64,000 bases of DNA, from NCBI GenBank assembly GCA_964019335.1, contig OZ025664.1:496001-560000 (forward strand), in the 5' to 3' direction. Source of the stretch: Diplonema japonicum. Its lineage: Eukaryota; Protista; Euglenozoa: Diplonemea. Below, piece after piece: positions 42,962 to 55,774 of this stretch. The translations under genes were made by a program, and so were the position numbers. A model generated the notes under the pieces. That model ran no database searches. It saw nothing but the letters and a program-made list of their open reading frames with translations, and was not told where the DNA came from. Positions within the stretch are counted from its first letter, which is position 1. The number at the start of each line of letters is the position of its first letter.

Positions 42962-44648
42962 ATGGAGCAAAAACTTCGGAATAAAAAAATGGACCTGGAG
43001 AGGATGAGCCAGGAGGTGATCAGGAGGGAACAGATGCTGAGGGATTTAGAGGGCGAGGTACAGGGGAAAAAGAAAAAAAAAAAAAAAAAAAGAAAAAAAC
43101 ACACACATCAGGTTGAAGATTTGCAGAACAGTCTAGTAAGCTATAGCATCCCGCACGATTTGACGCAAGTAAACCCTGAGGATTACATGGACATGGTGCA
43201 GCGTCTGGCGAATTGTTTGAAGTTACAGGTGCGCGAAGGGAAAGAGGGGAAAAAAAAATACAGGAAATGCGCAACAATCTTCTCCTCCGAGAGCGCATGG
43301 ACTACGCACTACTGTGCCGGCAACTTGACAGAGAATTGGAGGGATTAGATATATGCCACTGTCAAATTCGAGCCACCACTGGTTTTAACGATGATCAAGG
43401 TGACTCCAAGTACGGTTTGACCCATTCTGAGCAGGATGTGGCCATAAAAGAGTTGTATTTTCTGGCGCAGATTTTGAAGAAAGAGGTGGGTGCCTCACGG
43501 ACACTTGCGGTGAGGAAAGAGGAAGTTATCCTAAAGTTTCTGAACGATGCCGCGGCGGTGGAGCGGGCGCACGAAAAAAAACACGAAATCATGAACGAGA
43601 TTAATACTATGAACAACAGCTTGCGGGACATCAGCTTCACCTTGGAAGACCTGCAGCGACAGCACGATAGGCTTGACCTGTCCCTACACAAAGGCGAACT
43701 TCATGTTGCTAGCATGACTTCTGCAAGTCATCTTGTACTCGATACTTCGTGTTTAAAAAACAAGGTTGATGAACAGCGGACTATTCGAAAACGAAAGGTA
43801 ACGAAAAAGAGAAGAAAAAAAAAAAAAAAAAAAACTGAATCACCCCAGGAATCCCAAGCAAAATTACAAACAAAATACCTCGAGCTGGCAAAGACACGTT
43901 TGGGTGTCGTGGAACTAGCGGTATGGTACTAAAAGAGAAAATACCCCCTTCCCCCCCCCCCCCCCCCCCCACAGCTTACCGATTTACAAATCAAGAAAAC
44001 GATAGACCGCAAGCTTCGTAGAGCTGTGATTGCAGTCCCACCTGAGAATATAGTAGACGAATTTGAAGAAGGCCTCCCCGAGCGCATGCCCGCGGTACTT
44101 TACGAGTTAATGGCCAGGCACAAGGAGGCCATCTTGAACAGTATTCGTTTGAAGGATATCTTGCTGAATGAAAAGCAAGCAACGGTTGATGCAACCGAGC
44201 TCAAACTTGCAAACCTGTGGTTGGAGAATGAGCAAGTGATGGGCGAAAAAGATAAGGTTTTTCTTTTTTTTTCTTTTTCTCTCAACAACTTTTTTAAAAT
44301 CACACACAGGAGCTTATAAGGTACCAGAAGAAACTCGAGGGGATCAGCCGAGAGGTGAACCAAACAAGAGAGGAACTGCAGTCTAACCTGCACGTGCTCC
44401 ATCAGGAAAAAAGGCTGAAACAATCGCAATGCGACGCTCTCATCGAGAAGGTAACAGGCCTTTCTCGTTTTGCAGCCAGGCGAGCAGCTGCAATGCCAGC
44501 GACTCCGCGGCTGCCTGCCTCACCTTCTACCCCTTCAAGAGCTTCCAGGCATACACCTACGCCCAGGAACACACCTACACCTAGGCAAACACCCACACCT
44601 AGACGCCGAAGAAAGAAGTCGATGAAAGATTCACCTAAAAATATTTGA
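42962..44648 (+). CDS. Coiled-coil protein, 479 aa, six exons
   Basis: Phase-0 GT-AG introns 43058-43111, 43229-43263, 43798-43848, 43921-43974, 44257-44309 join four ORF fragments into one frame; TPTPR-repeat tail. Confidence 0.8.
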
Positions 44649-45119
44649 CGAGAGGGGAGAGGGGGGCAAAAGAATAAGAAGAGGAAAAATGAGGGGGGGT
44701 ATTTTTTTTTTTCTTCTTAAGAATAACTTTTTTTTAAAAAAAAATTGGCTGAGGCGGAATTAGGGGAAAGGGAGAGGGGAGATGAAAAAATGAAAAAAAA
44801 AAAGAAGAAAGTGGAAAAAAAAAATAATGATGATGACGGTGCACACTTCTTATCAGAATTTACGGGAAAAAAAAAACAAGGCCAAAAGGATACAGGACAG
44901 GTACGCATTCTCTTTAAAAGCATCCTCTAACCTCCCTTTCTCCGTACCCCTCGCCACCCCCTACGAGATATTTCCTACCATCCTTCCAGCTGGTGGGACT
45001 TTACTTTTTTTCTTTTTCTTTTTCTTTCTTTCCCTTCCCCTTGTATTTTTTTCTCCATCTTTTTATTCTTGTTTGTTGATTTCTGCGCCCAAGAAGAATT
45101 CTCAGGAAAGAAAAAGAAC

Positions 45120-48100
45120 ATGCACGACACCGCCCTCAGTGCATTTGTACAATCGCTTGCTGAACATATCGAGGTACGGAATGTACTGCTGCACCAAGCA
45201 CTGCAGCTGGATGAAATGAACACTACCCTCTCCTTGGGCTTGGCAACACTGATCTGTGAGCTGAGACTCGTGTAACGGGAGACAAACATATTACTTATAA
45301 AATCTTGCATCTTGTTTCAATTCCCCCCCCCTCCCCCCTCCCTCCCCTTTATCTTTATTTTTAGTGCCACACAGTGCTTTACACAATGGCTTGGTACCAC
45401 CACCTGCCGTACCAAGCATTCGCTTCATGGTCTGCAACCGACAGTCTTCAATGTGATGATTTCACAGCCTTCGTCAAGCCCTCCGGTCTGTGTGGTGGGG
45501 TCTCAGCGACACCTTCAACGAAGAGTCTTGACACTATGTTAAGAAGGCAGCCAGTTGCGACTAACAAAGACAGGGAATACATCCCCCTAGAAGGGCTCGG
45601 CGACTGGGTTGAAATAATGAACAGCGACGAGGCACACCTTGCCGTCAGCATCGAAGTATGCCTAACAGAACGGCCCGTAGGTACATATGTGGAAGTTGAC
45701 AGGCCCATCTCACCCTACGACAAGGAGGAGATCTTGCAGGACCTCACAAACAGTATCATGAAGCTCGGATTGGAACACGTTCAGGACTGCCCTCAGGGCC
45801 TCACCTTCGAGGAGCACTCGGCGCCGTATGTGTACGAGCCGCTGTCTCCCAGGATGGTCCGTTCTGTCGCTGCACCTGGCCTTTACCCTGCGCCTTCTGA
45901 TGCGCCATACCAGCAGGTACTGTGCACTGCCCTGCACCTCTCTCCCCAGAGCAGGGCTATCGACTTCACCATGCTTCTCTCTCTCGTCGAGGACATGGAA
46001 GTTGATGCTGGTGAGCCGCTTGACAGTTTTCCTCTCCCCAACACGCCTGCCCGTACTGCCCTCACTCCTATCCCTGAAGTGCCCCTCTTCAGCCATGCAA
46101 ATGGGGAGGACACCATATTCGAACTCCTTGGCTTTGGGAGCCCTGCACCTGAAACCCTCAGCAAAACGTTCACTCCTGTGTTCTGTGCCACAGCAAACCT
46201 TGAACGATACTTAGCGAAGGCAGATGTGGGCTCTGGCAGCGGGCAATGTGTTGTCCCCCCACTGCAACTGCCAGACTACAAGGCATGTCTTGCGCAACAT
46301 CCTTCGGGTGTCTTAGACAGGCTGTTCGGCCAACCTCACCGTAAGCAAGATAAGCCACGGCAATGGGAGGCTGTCAACTGCGAGGTACCTCAGGAGGTCA
46401 TGGCCACGTGCACTGATTCCGACATTGCATGGTGGCTTCCTGAGTGCAGAAGCATACACCCCGGCGACCAGTGCCTGTGCCTAGACCTTGAGGAGGATGT
46501 CGTGCCTGATATGTGCGTTGTGCTGACGGACAATGGCAGCACAGTGTACCACGAGCTGCACGACTCCTGGAAGTACCAACACATGAAGCATCTGCTGCTC
46601 GCCGAGGAGCGTGCCGCAAGGAAAACCATGATGGATAGCACCTCAGCTTGGAAAACTGTACTGTTGGGAGACTTAGAAGGCCACTTTAGGAACAGGCGTA
46701 TCGCAGTAGACTTCCTGGGCATGGCAGAGGTGAATGATGTGGAGGGTTTGCGTAGGATGTACATGGAGAAACTGCAGCTAGTGAGCCAGGTGCCTGTCCC
46801 TCTACCCACTCCCGTGGAGCCTGTACCTGTTGTTGAGAGAAAATCTGTTCCTGAACTAACTCAAGTTGTGTCAGAGCCAGCAAAGCCTGTGACACAACCC
46901 CAACCAACTCTTTCGCCGAGTCACAGTGCTGCTCGTTCAAGCCGGCCAAAACCATTCTTAAACCTCCCAGAGCTGTTCGCTAAGAGAACCCTCGTCCGCC
47001 CGTCCATGGAGATGTCTAACACAGAATGGGAATTGGCGCACACGGTCCTTGAGAATCCTGGCGAGGTGTCGCTGCTCATGCACGCTGACTGCAAAGGCTG
47101 GCCTGAGCATATTGGGCTTGTTATCACAGCGGCTCTTACCCCAAAGCATGTCATTTGGGCCATCACCAGTAGTGTTGCTTGCTTTTCCCTGCCTCAGTAT
47201 CGTTCTTTCCTGGGTGCTGTCTTCACAGAGAAGGTAACATGCCCCGATGCTCCTTCTCAACAAAGCCTTGCGCAGCAGTGCATCACCCTATGTGCCGCCC
47301 CAGTGGTGTGCGAACAGTTGTCGGGCTCTACATGTGCTGTCCTGCTTCATGGTGTCGATGCTGTCGCGGCTTGCCCGGACCTCTTTAGAAAGATTAAAAG
47401 TGCCGCCCCTAGTGCTTCCATCATCGTCTTAGAGACGCTTCCGAACACGCTGTTCGAGTACAAGGAGCTTCTTACTGCTTTAGCGCCCACACGGTGCTAC
47501 GTGAAAACCGTCGAAGCTAGTGCAGTGCGCCCCATCGGTATCGATGGGATGGTCGGGAAGTTGGTCCAAACGGTGCGCGGGGAGCTGAAGGTGGAAAAGA
47601 GCACTGCAGCGAAGAGAGTTTACAAGAAGCTGGACGAGCTGCTGGAGCAGCACTCTGTTGAGGTCGCTGCGTCATGCGCAGAAGGGTTGCTGCGGCACGA
47701 AGGGGCGCGAAGGGAGATCGGCCCTGTGTGTTGTGGCGTTCTAGATTCTCTACAAAGGGAGCTTCAAGGCAAGAAGAACCCACGGTACCCAGTGCTCTCC
47801 GAGTACATCGCAAGCAACACGTTCGAGAGGGGGCTGATCCTGGTGAGCCATTCACAGGCAGCAGGCATTGTGGGGAAGAACTTGGCAAAGAACGGAATGA
47901 AGAACGTAGAGGTGTACGTTATTGGATACGCCGGAGGCGCTGTGCTGACGAAGGTGACAGAGAGCGGACATCAAATACATGCAGGGAACATAGACATGGT
48001 GCTGAGGAGGCGGGAGCAGAGGTTTGTTGGCGTGTGCAGCAAAGACAACCAACGACACGCTGTGAAGTTGTTGATGTCCTGCGAAGTTCTTATGGACTTC

Positions 48101-49048
48101 GACCCCCCACGGCCCTACAGTATCATGACAGCTCACCTGCCACAAGAGATTCGGATGCTCGTCGTGACGAACAAACTGCGGTACACACCCTTCGTGATGG
48201 GCAGCCAGACGTATGGCGACTCGTACCTCCCGGCGATTGCCCCGTCGACCGTCCCTGGTGTGCATCGATGCGACAGAAGTGTTTCGGGGTTGCTGGATGC
48301 TTCTTCGCGTGCTCCGTCACCGCAGATTCCGAACTCTCCACCTGACATCTGCTGGGTGGTCTCACAGGGTGTTGACAATGTCGCCACACTCGACGCGCTG
48401 GAAGCGATGACCATCGTACATTGGAAGTCCAACACGGAGGTCGAGGTAGGAAAGGTGCGGATCGTCTACCGGCCTGTCCCTTATGGTTTGTGTGTCGTGT
48501 TCACAGACGTGGCGTGTGCCGTGCTCATCGAGGACAGCTCGGTTGCTGTGGAAGACATCGAGCGAGGTGTCCGCCAGCTCATGAGCTGGGGGGTGTCCGT
48601 CGTGATGACAGCCATCCTCGTAAAGGAAAAACTGAACAACAACCTCTCAGGAAAGGAACGGATATGCAACAGCAAGGTCGTCTTCGCGTGGTCCGAAGAG
48701 GATCTTGTCAAGCACATCGGGATGTTCCGGAACTCTAGAGGTGCTGGGGACGCGTTGTCACCGCTTTTAGAAGTCACAACACCCATCCCCTCTGTGGCTG
48801 CGCTTACCTGGGGCAACCCTCTCTGTGATTCACCATTGGAGTACGAGCTGCTCCTCCTCGCTGCTGGGATTGACCGCGATACCCCCATGCATTATATGCA
48901 CAGTGTTCTCAAGACGCATCCACGTCTTTCCGTCCTTGCTCCTCAGGAGCCCCTTCATAAAAGGCAGAAGACCGCCTCCACTGTGGTTTGGCCTGAGTAC
49001 GACAACGATTTTCAGGACACGGGAGAGAACGAACTTTCATTTCTCTGA
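45120..49048 (+). CDS. Large hypothetical protein (~1270 aa), possibly SHOC1/Zip2-like with an inactive XPF-type C-terminal domain
   Basis: Long ORF 45374-49048 is solid. The first exon from ATG 45120 via an intron (45256-45374 or a nearby alternative) is tentative, and the family resemblance is weak. Confidence 0.6.
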
Positions 49049-49338
49049 TTTAAGAAAAAAAAGAAAAAGCCTTCTCTACTGAGGGAATCCCATCTTGCAT
49101 CTTTCTTTGTATTCTTATTTTCATTATTATTCTTCCTTATTATTATTATTTTTTTTTCTTTTTTGATAGCGGCCCCGTAATTATCCTCAAAATAAAAAAG
49201 AAAAAAAGAAAAGAAAAACCCTACAGGAAAAAAAAAAGAGAGAAAAAAAAAAAAGAAATACAAAGAAAAGCTTTTTGTTATTTTAGATTAAATCAATTTT
49301 TCTTTTAAAAGTTTTATATAAAAAAAAAAGATACGAGA

Positions 49339-50583
49339 ATGGCGCAGCTTGAGATCGAGGATCAGCTTAGGGCATTGATGGATGAAGACGAGATGTTGGG
49401 CTGCTTGGGTCACGAGCTAGACATAGATGAGGACGAGAAGAAGGATACGGTGCTGTCGGCAGATGCGCCTGCATTTGTGCCGAGTAGTCTGTTGCCGCAC
49501 GTGGTGAGTGTCCTGCACCCTGTGACCTATGTAAGCCATCCGATGAAATGTGACCTCACGAGGCTCACGGTGGGGGATCTCAGAGCATTTGCTGAACAAC
49601 ATTTCGGTGTCAGCAACTTCGCGCTCCTCCTCGCAGGCCAGCCGATCACCCGCGACACCACCGCTAAGGCCATCGATCTCGGTCTCGGGAATGGTTCCGT
49701 GCTTGTTCTCCGCCCCGACCCGCTCAACCTTTCCATGCTCCTCAGCTCACAACAGGTCACCCATTCCCCTACCTCAGGAAGCAGCGCCTCCCCTATCTCA
49801 GGCACTGCAACCCCCACACGCATAGGGTCCTTCACCCCAGTGCATAGGGGCGGTGATTCCAGCCCGGAAATGGTATGAAACCTTTTGAACATCAATCACA
49901 CCAATCAGACTCCTGAGAAGATCACACCCTCGTCAAGGCAGACGCGTGGTGACTTCTACGACCTGTGGTGCGTGGTGATGCAGGACTTCCTGGAGCTGGC
50001 TAGGGGTATGGGCTCTGGTTTCGAGATAACAAATAATAAATAAATAAAACAGACCCCAACGGGTACAAGATGGTGATCACAGCAATGGAGGTCGGGATGC
50101 AAGAGCACGTCACGCGCCTGCTACAGATGGCATGCACGCATTTGATCGAGTTGGCAAGGACCATGCCGGGGAGTGAGGTGTTGATGGGGTTGATGGCGGT
50201 GGCTGGTGACGGACCGGAAACTGTGAACGTGAACGGGGTCCCCCTGCTGATCGAGGCCATGCTGCCTCACGTGGTGGAACTAGCGAACACAGTACCCGGG
50301 AGGAAGATCATCCAGAACGCGGTCATCAAGTACAGAGACGAGGTAAAGGTGTGCTTGTATGACATGGTGTGCCGCAACATGCGCTGCATCGCTCTGGACC
50401 AGTGCGGGTGCATCACCGTCCAGAGGATGTTCGACTTCGCGTCCACACCCCTCCTGAAGGACATGGTCCAGGACGCCGTCATCAAATGGTGCAGCGCATT
50501 GATCTGCGACCAGTACGGGAACTACGTGGTGCAGCATATCATTAAAGACAACAAACAAGTGTCTGAGAAAGTGGTATGGAAAG

Positions 50584-50614
<31 letters not shown>

Positions 50615-51063
50615 TATTCTCTCTGTGCCGCAACATCATAAAGTGTGCGACAAACAAGTTCGGCAGCAACGTGATCGAGAAGTGTCTGAAGCAAGGCAGT
50701 GAGAAGGCGAAGGCGGAGCTGGTAGCCTCGCTTTGTGACAGGGAGATCATAGAAGTCTTGGTGAAGGTATACTTTTTTGGGAAAAAAAAAGAAAAAAAAA
50801 AAAAAAAAAAAAAACATTCGATCAAACAGGATCAGTTTGGGAATTATGTCATTCAGACATCAATCGAGCACTCTCCTCTCCACCTGGTGGAGGTTCTCAG
50901 CAACCACATAGTGCCAGTAGTAGAAGCGTCGCCTTATTCATACAAAATCGAGTCAAAGCTCCACAGAAGGCTTAAGCAGACAATCGCCGGGAAGACCCCT
51001 CCCTCAATGCCCCTTTTCAACACTCCTTCGCCCCGCCTCCAGAGGATGTCTAACCTGCCATAG
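49339..51063 (+). CDS. Pumilio/Puf RNA-binding protein with PAM2-like motif and ubiquitin-like domain, 512 aa, five exons
   Basis: Introns 49873-49908, 50006-50052, 50574-50613, 50767-50829. Puf repeats LDQCGCITVQR, CDQYGNYVVQH, TNKFGSNVIEK, KDQFGNYVIQT; LSADAPAFVP; LTVGDLRAF...LLLAGQPI...DLGLGNGSVLVL. Confidence 0.9.
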
Positions 51064-51435
51064 GGCCCTCCCCTTTCCCTTTTATTTTGTTTTAGTGGGG
51101 TAGTTGCTGAAACAACTTTTCCCTCATCATAATGAACTCCTTTTCCCCCCGTTTTTTTTTTTTTTTTTTTTTTTTTTTTCCCGTTCCCCACCTTTTCCCT
51201 TCGTTTTTTTTTTTTTTTTTATCTTAACAGTGTCGCAAAAAGGGGGGAGAAGGGGTGAATTAAAGCAGAGGGGCGGGCGAGAGAAAAAGAAAATTAAGAG
51301 CTAATCTTTCTTGTTTTAACCAGGTTGGCAAGGCTCCAAAAAAGAAAAAAAAAAGAAAAAGAAAACGTGGAGAATTCACACCCTTAGTCCCGCTTATTTT
51401 ATTTTTTGCCCTTGTGCCTCTCGAGTGTCCTGAGC

Positions 51436-51471
51436 ACCCCTCCCTCGAGGCAAACCCCTCCCTCGAGGCAA
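51436..51471. repeat. Perfect 18-bp tandem duplication
   Basis: ACCCCTCCCTCGAGGCAA x2. Confidence 0.9.
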
Positions 51472-52411
51472 ACTGCAACGGTTAGTTGACGCATGCAAAG
51501 TACCCTTTGGCCTATAAAAAGGTTATGCCACAGAACTGTCCAAAAGATTTTAACAACCGATGAAGGAAAAAAAAAAAAGAAATGGGGGAGGGGGAGGTTT
51601 GGACGCTTTCTGACACTCCAGAGGATGAGGTGCACTTTTTATTTTTGCTGTATTTGTAATAATTTTTCATTTAAAAAAAAAAAAAACAAAAAAAAAAAAA
51701 CCATAAACATAAAAAATTTAAAAAAAAAAAAAAAGACAAACAAACTATAAAAAAGCCAAAAAGAACTAACAATAAGGTATGCATGCCTTCCCTGATCTTT
51801 TTGCTTTGTAAAAGAAGAAGGGCAGGGGGATGGAGGGGGGAAATGAAAGAGAGAGATAAAAAAAGAAGAGGGGGGGGGGGAAGAAAAAGGCAGACCACCT
51901 CCCCTTGCCTCAATGCCATTCAAAGGTTGCTATGGTTTCTTCTTCTTCTTTTTTTTTTGTTAAAGCAGAAAGGGAAGTAGAAGAAAAAAGAGAAAAAAAA
52001 AAAATAACGAAACCGAAGAAAGAGGGACACTGGGTGCTCATTGGCCAATTTTTTGCACGAAGTACCCTTTACCCATTATTTTCTTTTTTAAATCTTTTTT
52101 TAAATCTTTTTTTTTTTTTGTGTACCATATTTGTACTTGTTATGGAACGACAATATTTTGAACCTTTCCCGGAACCTTACTAAATTTTTATTTTAGCCCT
52201 TTTAATCATTTAGGCACCTGGCAACGGCCCAAGAAAACAAACAAAAAAAAAGTCAGTTGATTGTTGATTGTGCACAGCCGGGATTAACCTGTAGAAGGAT
52301 AAGCCAAAAAAAAAAAAAAAAAAAAAGAAAATACGAAATTAATTTTTCCCCCCCCGTTTCATATCAAGTACAAATACGGAAATATGTGGCCGTGGGGTAA
52401 ATCTTTTTTAA

Positions 52412-54032
52412 CCATCTACCAACGAGCGTCTATATATAGACGATTTGAAAAAAAAATCTTTTACGCAAAGGGCTTTCAATGCAGCCCGGCCCTTTCTTGC
52501 CGGCGGGGTCCTGCGCGGAAGAGGACGTTATGAGTGATGGCAGCACTGATGGCTCATCCCTATTATGCAATTTTGATACAAACAGTGATTCTGATTCGAA
52601 TTCGACCGATTCCGAGTCACAGCAGGGTGATTGGACGGCAAAGCCGGAGCAGTTGGAAGGCATCCGGTTTCGTGAAGATCGGAATCCTTGTGGACCCTGT
52701 TTTGACATCAGAGGCTCAACGCCATACCATATATTCTCCCAAATGCTCGTCCCAAACGTTATTCGGGTCATAACTTCGAACAATGTGGCAAATGCGGCTA
52801 AAAAAGGTGTCTCCCTGGATCTCGATGCTGCTTCTCTGCATACCTTCCTAGGTGCCCTTTTGTCGATGGACTTGGATATCAAGCCAGATTATTCTGATTA
52901 CTGGCACACTGGCTCCACGTCTCTCAACTACACCCCTGGGTACGCCACCGTCATGTCAAGAGACCGCTTTTTGACTATTCTGGGAAATCTGTGTTTCCAC
53001 AGCGAAACAAACAAGCGTGCTGACTTCTACCTATCGCGAAGGCCTCCCGGAGATCATGGATGCCCCAAAGAATCGAGGCCGCATGCCCAAGGACGCGCAC
53101 CCTGTGGGGACACCCAGTTCCACCAGCACGCGAGCATCCTTTGCACCACAACGTGGCATGACATCATGCCAGCGTGCTTTCTATCGACGTTGGATGTTCC
53201 GGTGAAGTCGAATTTGACGTGTCCGCCAAAAGAGAATGAAAGCCGGAAAGGACATCCCGCTCCCCACCAAGTGCATATTTACAACACCGCAATGGGCGGA
53301 ACCGACGCTGGGTGATGCTGTGACAAAACGCCATAAACGCTCCCTTATGACTTAAAAGTGGCCCCTGAAAGTATTTTTGTACTTGTTAGATAAATCTCTG
53401 GCGAATGCTTGGCTTGTTTGGAAAGAAGTGTTGCCCCCCAACACCCTGAGTACGAACGACAGTGGATTTACGCCTTTCAAAGAGGCAGTCATCGAAGGGC
53501 TACTAGGGAGGCAGTCTAAACAACAGCTAAAGTCAACTACAGAGCAGGCTGCCCCAATACCATGCCCCGAAACACAGAACGAGTGCTCTGAGACCCCAAT
53601 GCGCCGTGACAGTACCTTCTGGGACCATTTCCCCGAAAAAGTAGTGCAACTTGGTACAACTTTGCGTGACTCCGTGCTTCAAAGACTACCACCTTGCCGG
53701 GGATACCCCAGAAACCCCTCCCGGGGTCAAAAAAGAAGTCCCCCAGCCCGGGGCACATACGAACCGCGTCAAGAAGGCCTTAAATAGCTTTTTATAGAAT
53801 TTTACAGTCGATTTTTTTTGGCTTGTTTTTGTACCCCCTCTCGGGCACTTCGGGAACGATATTTTTGACAATGTTGTGGGGGTGGACCCTGCTGTGGGCA
53901 CCCTCTCTCTAGAATTGGGACATCTGGAGGCATTTCCGGGGGCATATAGCCCCAGCGTTGCGCTGGAATAGCTTTTTTTGAAGTTTTGAAAATTTACCCC
54001 CTGGTGGGCAAAAATGGTCCGTTGGTAGATGG
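52412..54032 (+). mobile_element. piggyBac-superfamily transposon, internally deleted, copy 2 (inverted relative to copy 1)
   Basis: TTAA at 52408-52411 and 54033-54036; 13-bp TIR CCATCTACCAACG / CGTTGGTAGATGG; same transposase remnant (YNTAMGGTD) with a stop and a partly deleted Cys-rich domain. Confidence 0.92.
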
Positions 54033-54049
54033 TTAAGAAATTTCTTCTT

Positions 54050-54083
<34 letters not shown>

Positions 54084-54400
54084 CATGTATTTGTACACAA
54101 TTTTTCCCTCCTCCCTTTTTTTTCTTTTTTTTTTTATTTGCCACTGCCTTTCTTAGGGCTGGTCCCCCCCCTTTTTTTTTAAAAAAAAGTTTTGTTTTTT
54201 TCTGTGGGATACCCATTGAGCAAGCGGCTTTATGGTAGTTCCTCGCGTTTTCCGCTTTTTCACAGACGTGCCAAGTAATCTTCGATAGCAACAACGCCGA
54301 CAGAGCTCATCTTGATCAATGATAAGGACCAAAAAAAAAAAAAAAAAAAAAAAAATCAAGGCTGAACACAGTAAGAGAAGCTGACAAAACGCTTTTTTTT

Positions 54401-54575
54401 GAGGAAAACCACAAACACGGGGAAGCGATGATGGAAAAAGATTTCGATGATTTTTCCGTGGATGGTGCCGAGTAGCTGGGCAGTTAAACCTTAGGTGTCA
54501 AAAGAGGTTACCATGGAAGGTGGCCCGTTTGGTGGAAAATCCAAATTTGCTTTCCGTGTTTGTTGTTTAACTCTC
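54401..54575. mobile_element. MITE related to the MULE at 23113-24579
   Basis: Ends GAGGAAAACCACAAACACGG ... TTTGGTGGAAAATCCAAATTTGCTTTCCGTGTTTGTTGTTTAACTCTC; contains CCGTGGATGG and GGTTACCATGGAAGGTGG array motifs; T8 on both flanks. Confidence 0.7.
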
Positions 54576-55774
54576 ATTTTTTTTTTATTTACTGCCGCAT
54601 CGCAAGAGCTACCCTTTTTTTTTTTATTTTTTTTATTTTTCTTTTTTTTTTTTTTCATTCTTCTAAGACAAAACTAACCACTTCCCCCCCCCCCTCTGCC
54701 CCGTCTCTGTTCATTTTATTCCTCCCTCTCCCACAAAGGGTGTCAAACACAGAAGAACGAACCTATGCAGGAAAAGAAAAAAAGAAAAGCATTGATTTTT
54801 TGTTATATTTTTTGACCTGGTATTTGGAATGGCAGGTATAAAAAAAAAAAAAAAAAGAAAGAATGAGAAAACGGGGGGGGGGGAAGAAAAAAAAGAGGAA
54901 GAAAGGGACGACTGTGTATAACGCTAACGCCCTCTGCACCCTCCACGTATTTTTTTTTTGTTTTTCACCTTAAAACTTTTAAAATTCTAAAGTTTCTTTT
55001 TTTTTTTTATATTTCTTTTTTTTTTCTTTTTATAGTATTTTGCCGGCCTACAAATTTCTCAATTTTTTACTTTATTTGTTGGGCCCGACCATATAGGGGA
55101 CCGCATGGAGTAAGAAAGAAAAAGAAGCTTATTCGGATAGATGCAAGGGGCTTAACCGCGCAATGACTTCGTAAAAAAAAAAAAGAAATGGGGAGAAAAA
55201 AAAAAGAAGAATTTTTTTGTTACCTTCTAGATTTAACCTTTTGCCCCCCTGTTATTTTTTATTTTCCCTGTCCCATCCCCCCTTTAAATCACAACGAAAA
55301 AAAAAAAGAGGAAAAAAAAAAAAGCAACAGAAGAAATCACACAGAACTGGGGAAATAAAAAACGAGAAGGAAAAAAAAAAAAAAAAAAAAAGAGAAACAA
55401 AAAAAAAAAACCGAAATAATTTCACCCCGATACTGTATTTTTCCAAAGAAAGAAAGATATAAAAAAAAAAAAAGAAAACGAAGATCACCGTTCCTCCATC
55501 CCAAAAGAAAAGAAAGAAAATTTTTTATTTTATTTTTTTTTTCTCGTTATTCTTTTTTTTTCTTTCTATTTTTTATCTCACCCCCCAACTTTTATTGATT
55601 ATATATCCCCCCCCGTTTTTTTCACAATTTCTCTTTTTGTAGCCGTAAACCCTACCCTTATTATTTTTTTTTTTCCCTTCTAAAATTATTCTGCCGTAGT
55701 TTAAACCACCATCAAGCGCACAGGACACGGCGGGGCAGGGGAAGGGAAAAAGGGGAGGGGGTAATTATTAAAAA

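Noticed and set aside
44826-44900. Possible C/D snoRNA (ATGATGA box C)
   Set aside because: No CTGA box D or terminal stem at a suitable distance.
51436-51471. 18-bp tandem repeat with CCTCGAGG palindrome as a regulatory site
   Set aside because: Single occurrence, simply explained by slippage; listed only as a repeat.
1290-55488. Many short poly-Lys/Phe/Pro/Gly ORFs in spacers and upstream extensions of real ORFs (e.g. 14137-14499, 9662-9844)
   Set aside because: Translations of intergenic homopolymers from non-ATG or upstream starts; real starts follow the A-rich leaders.
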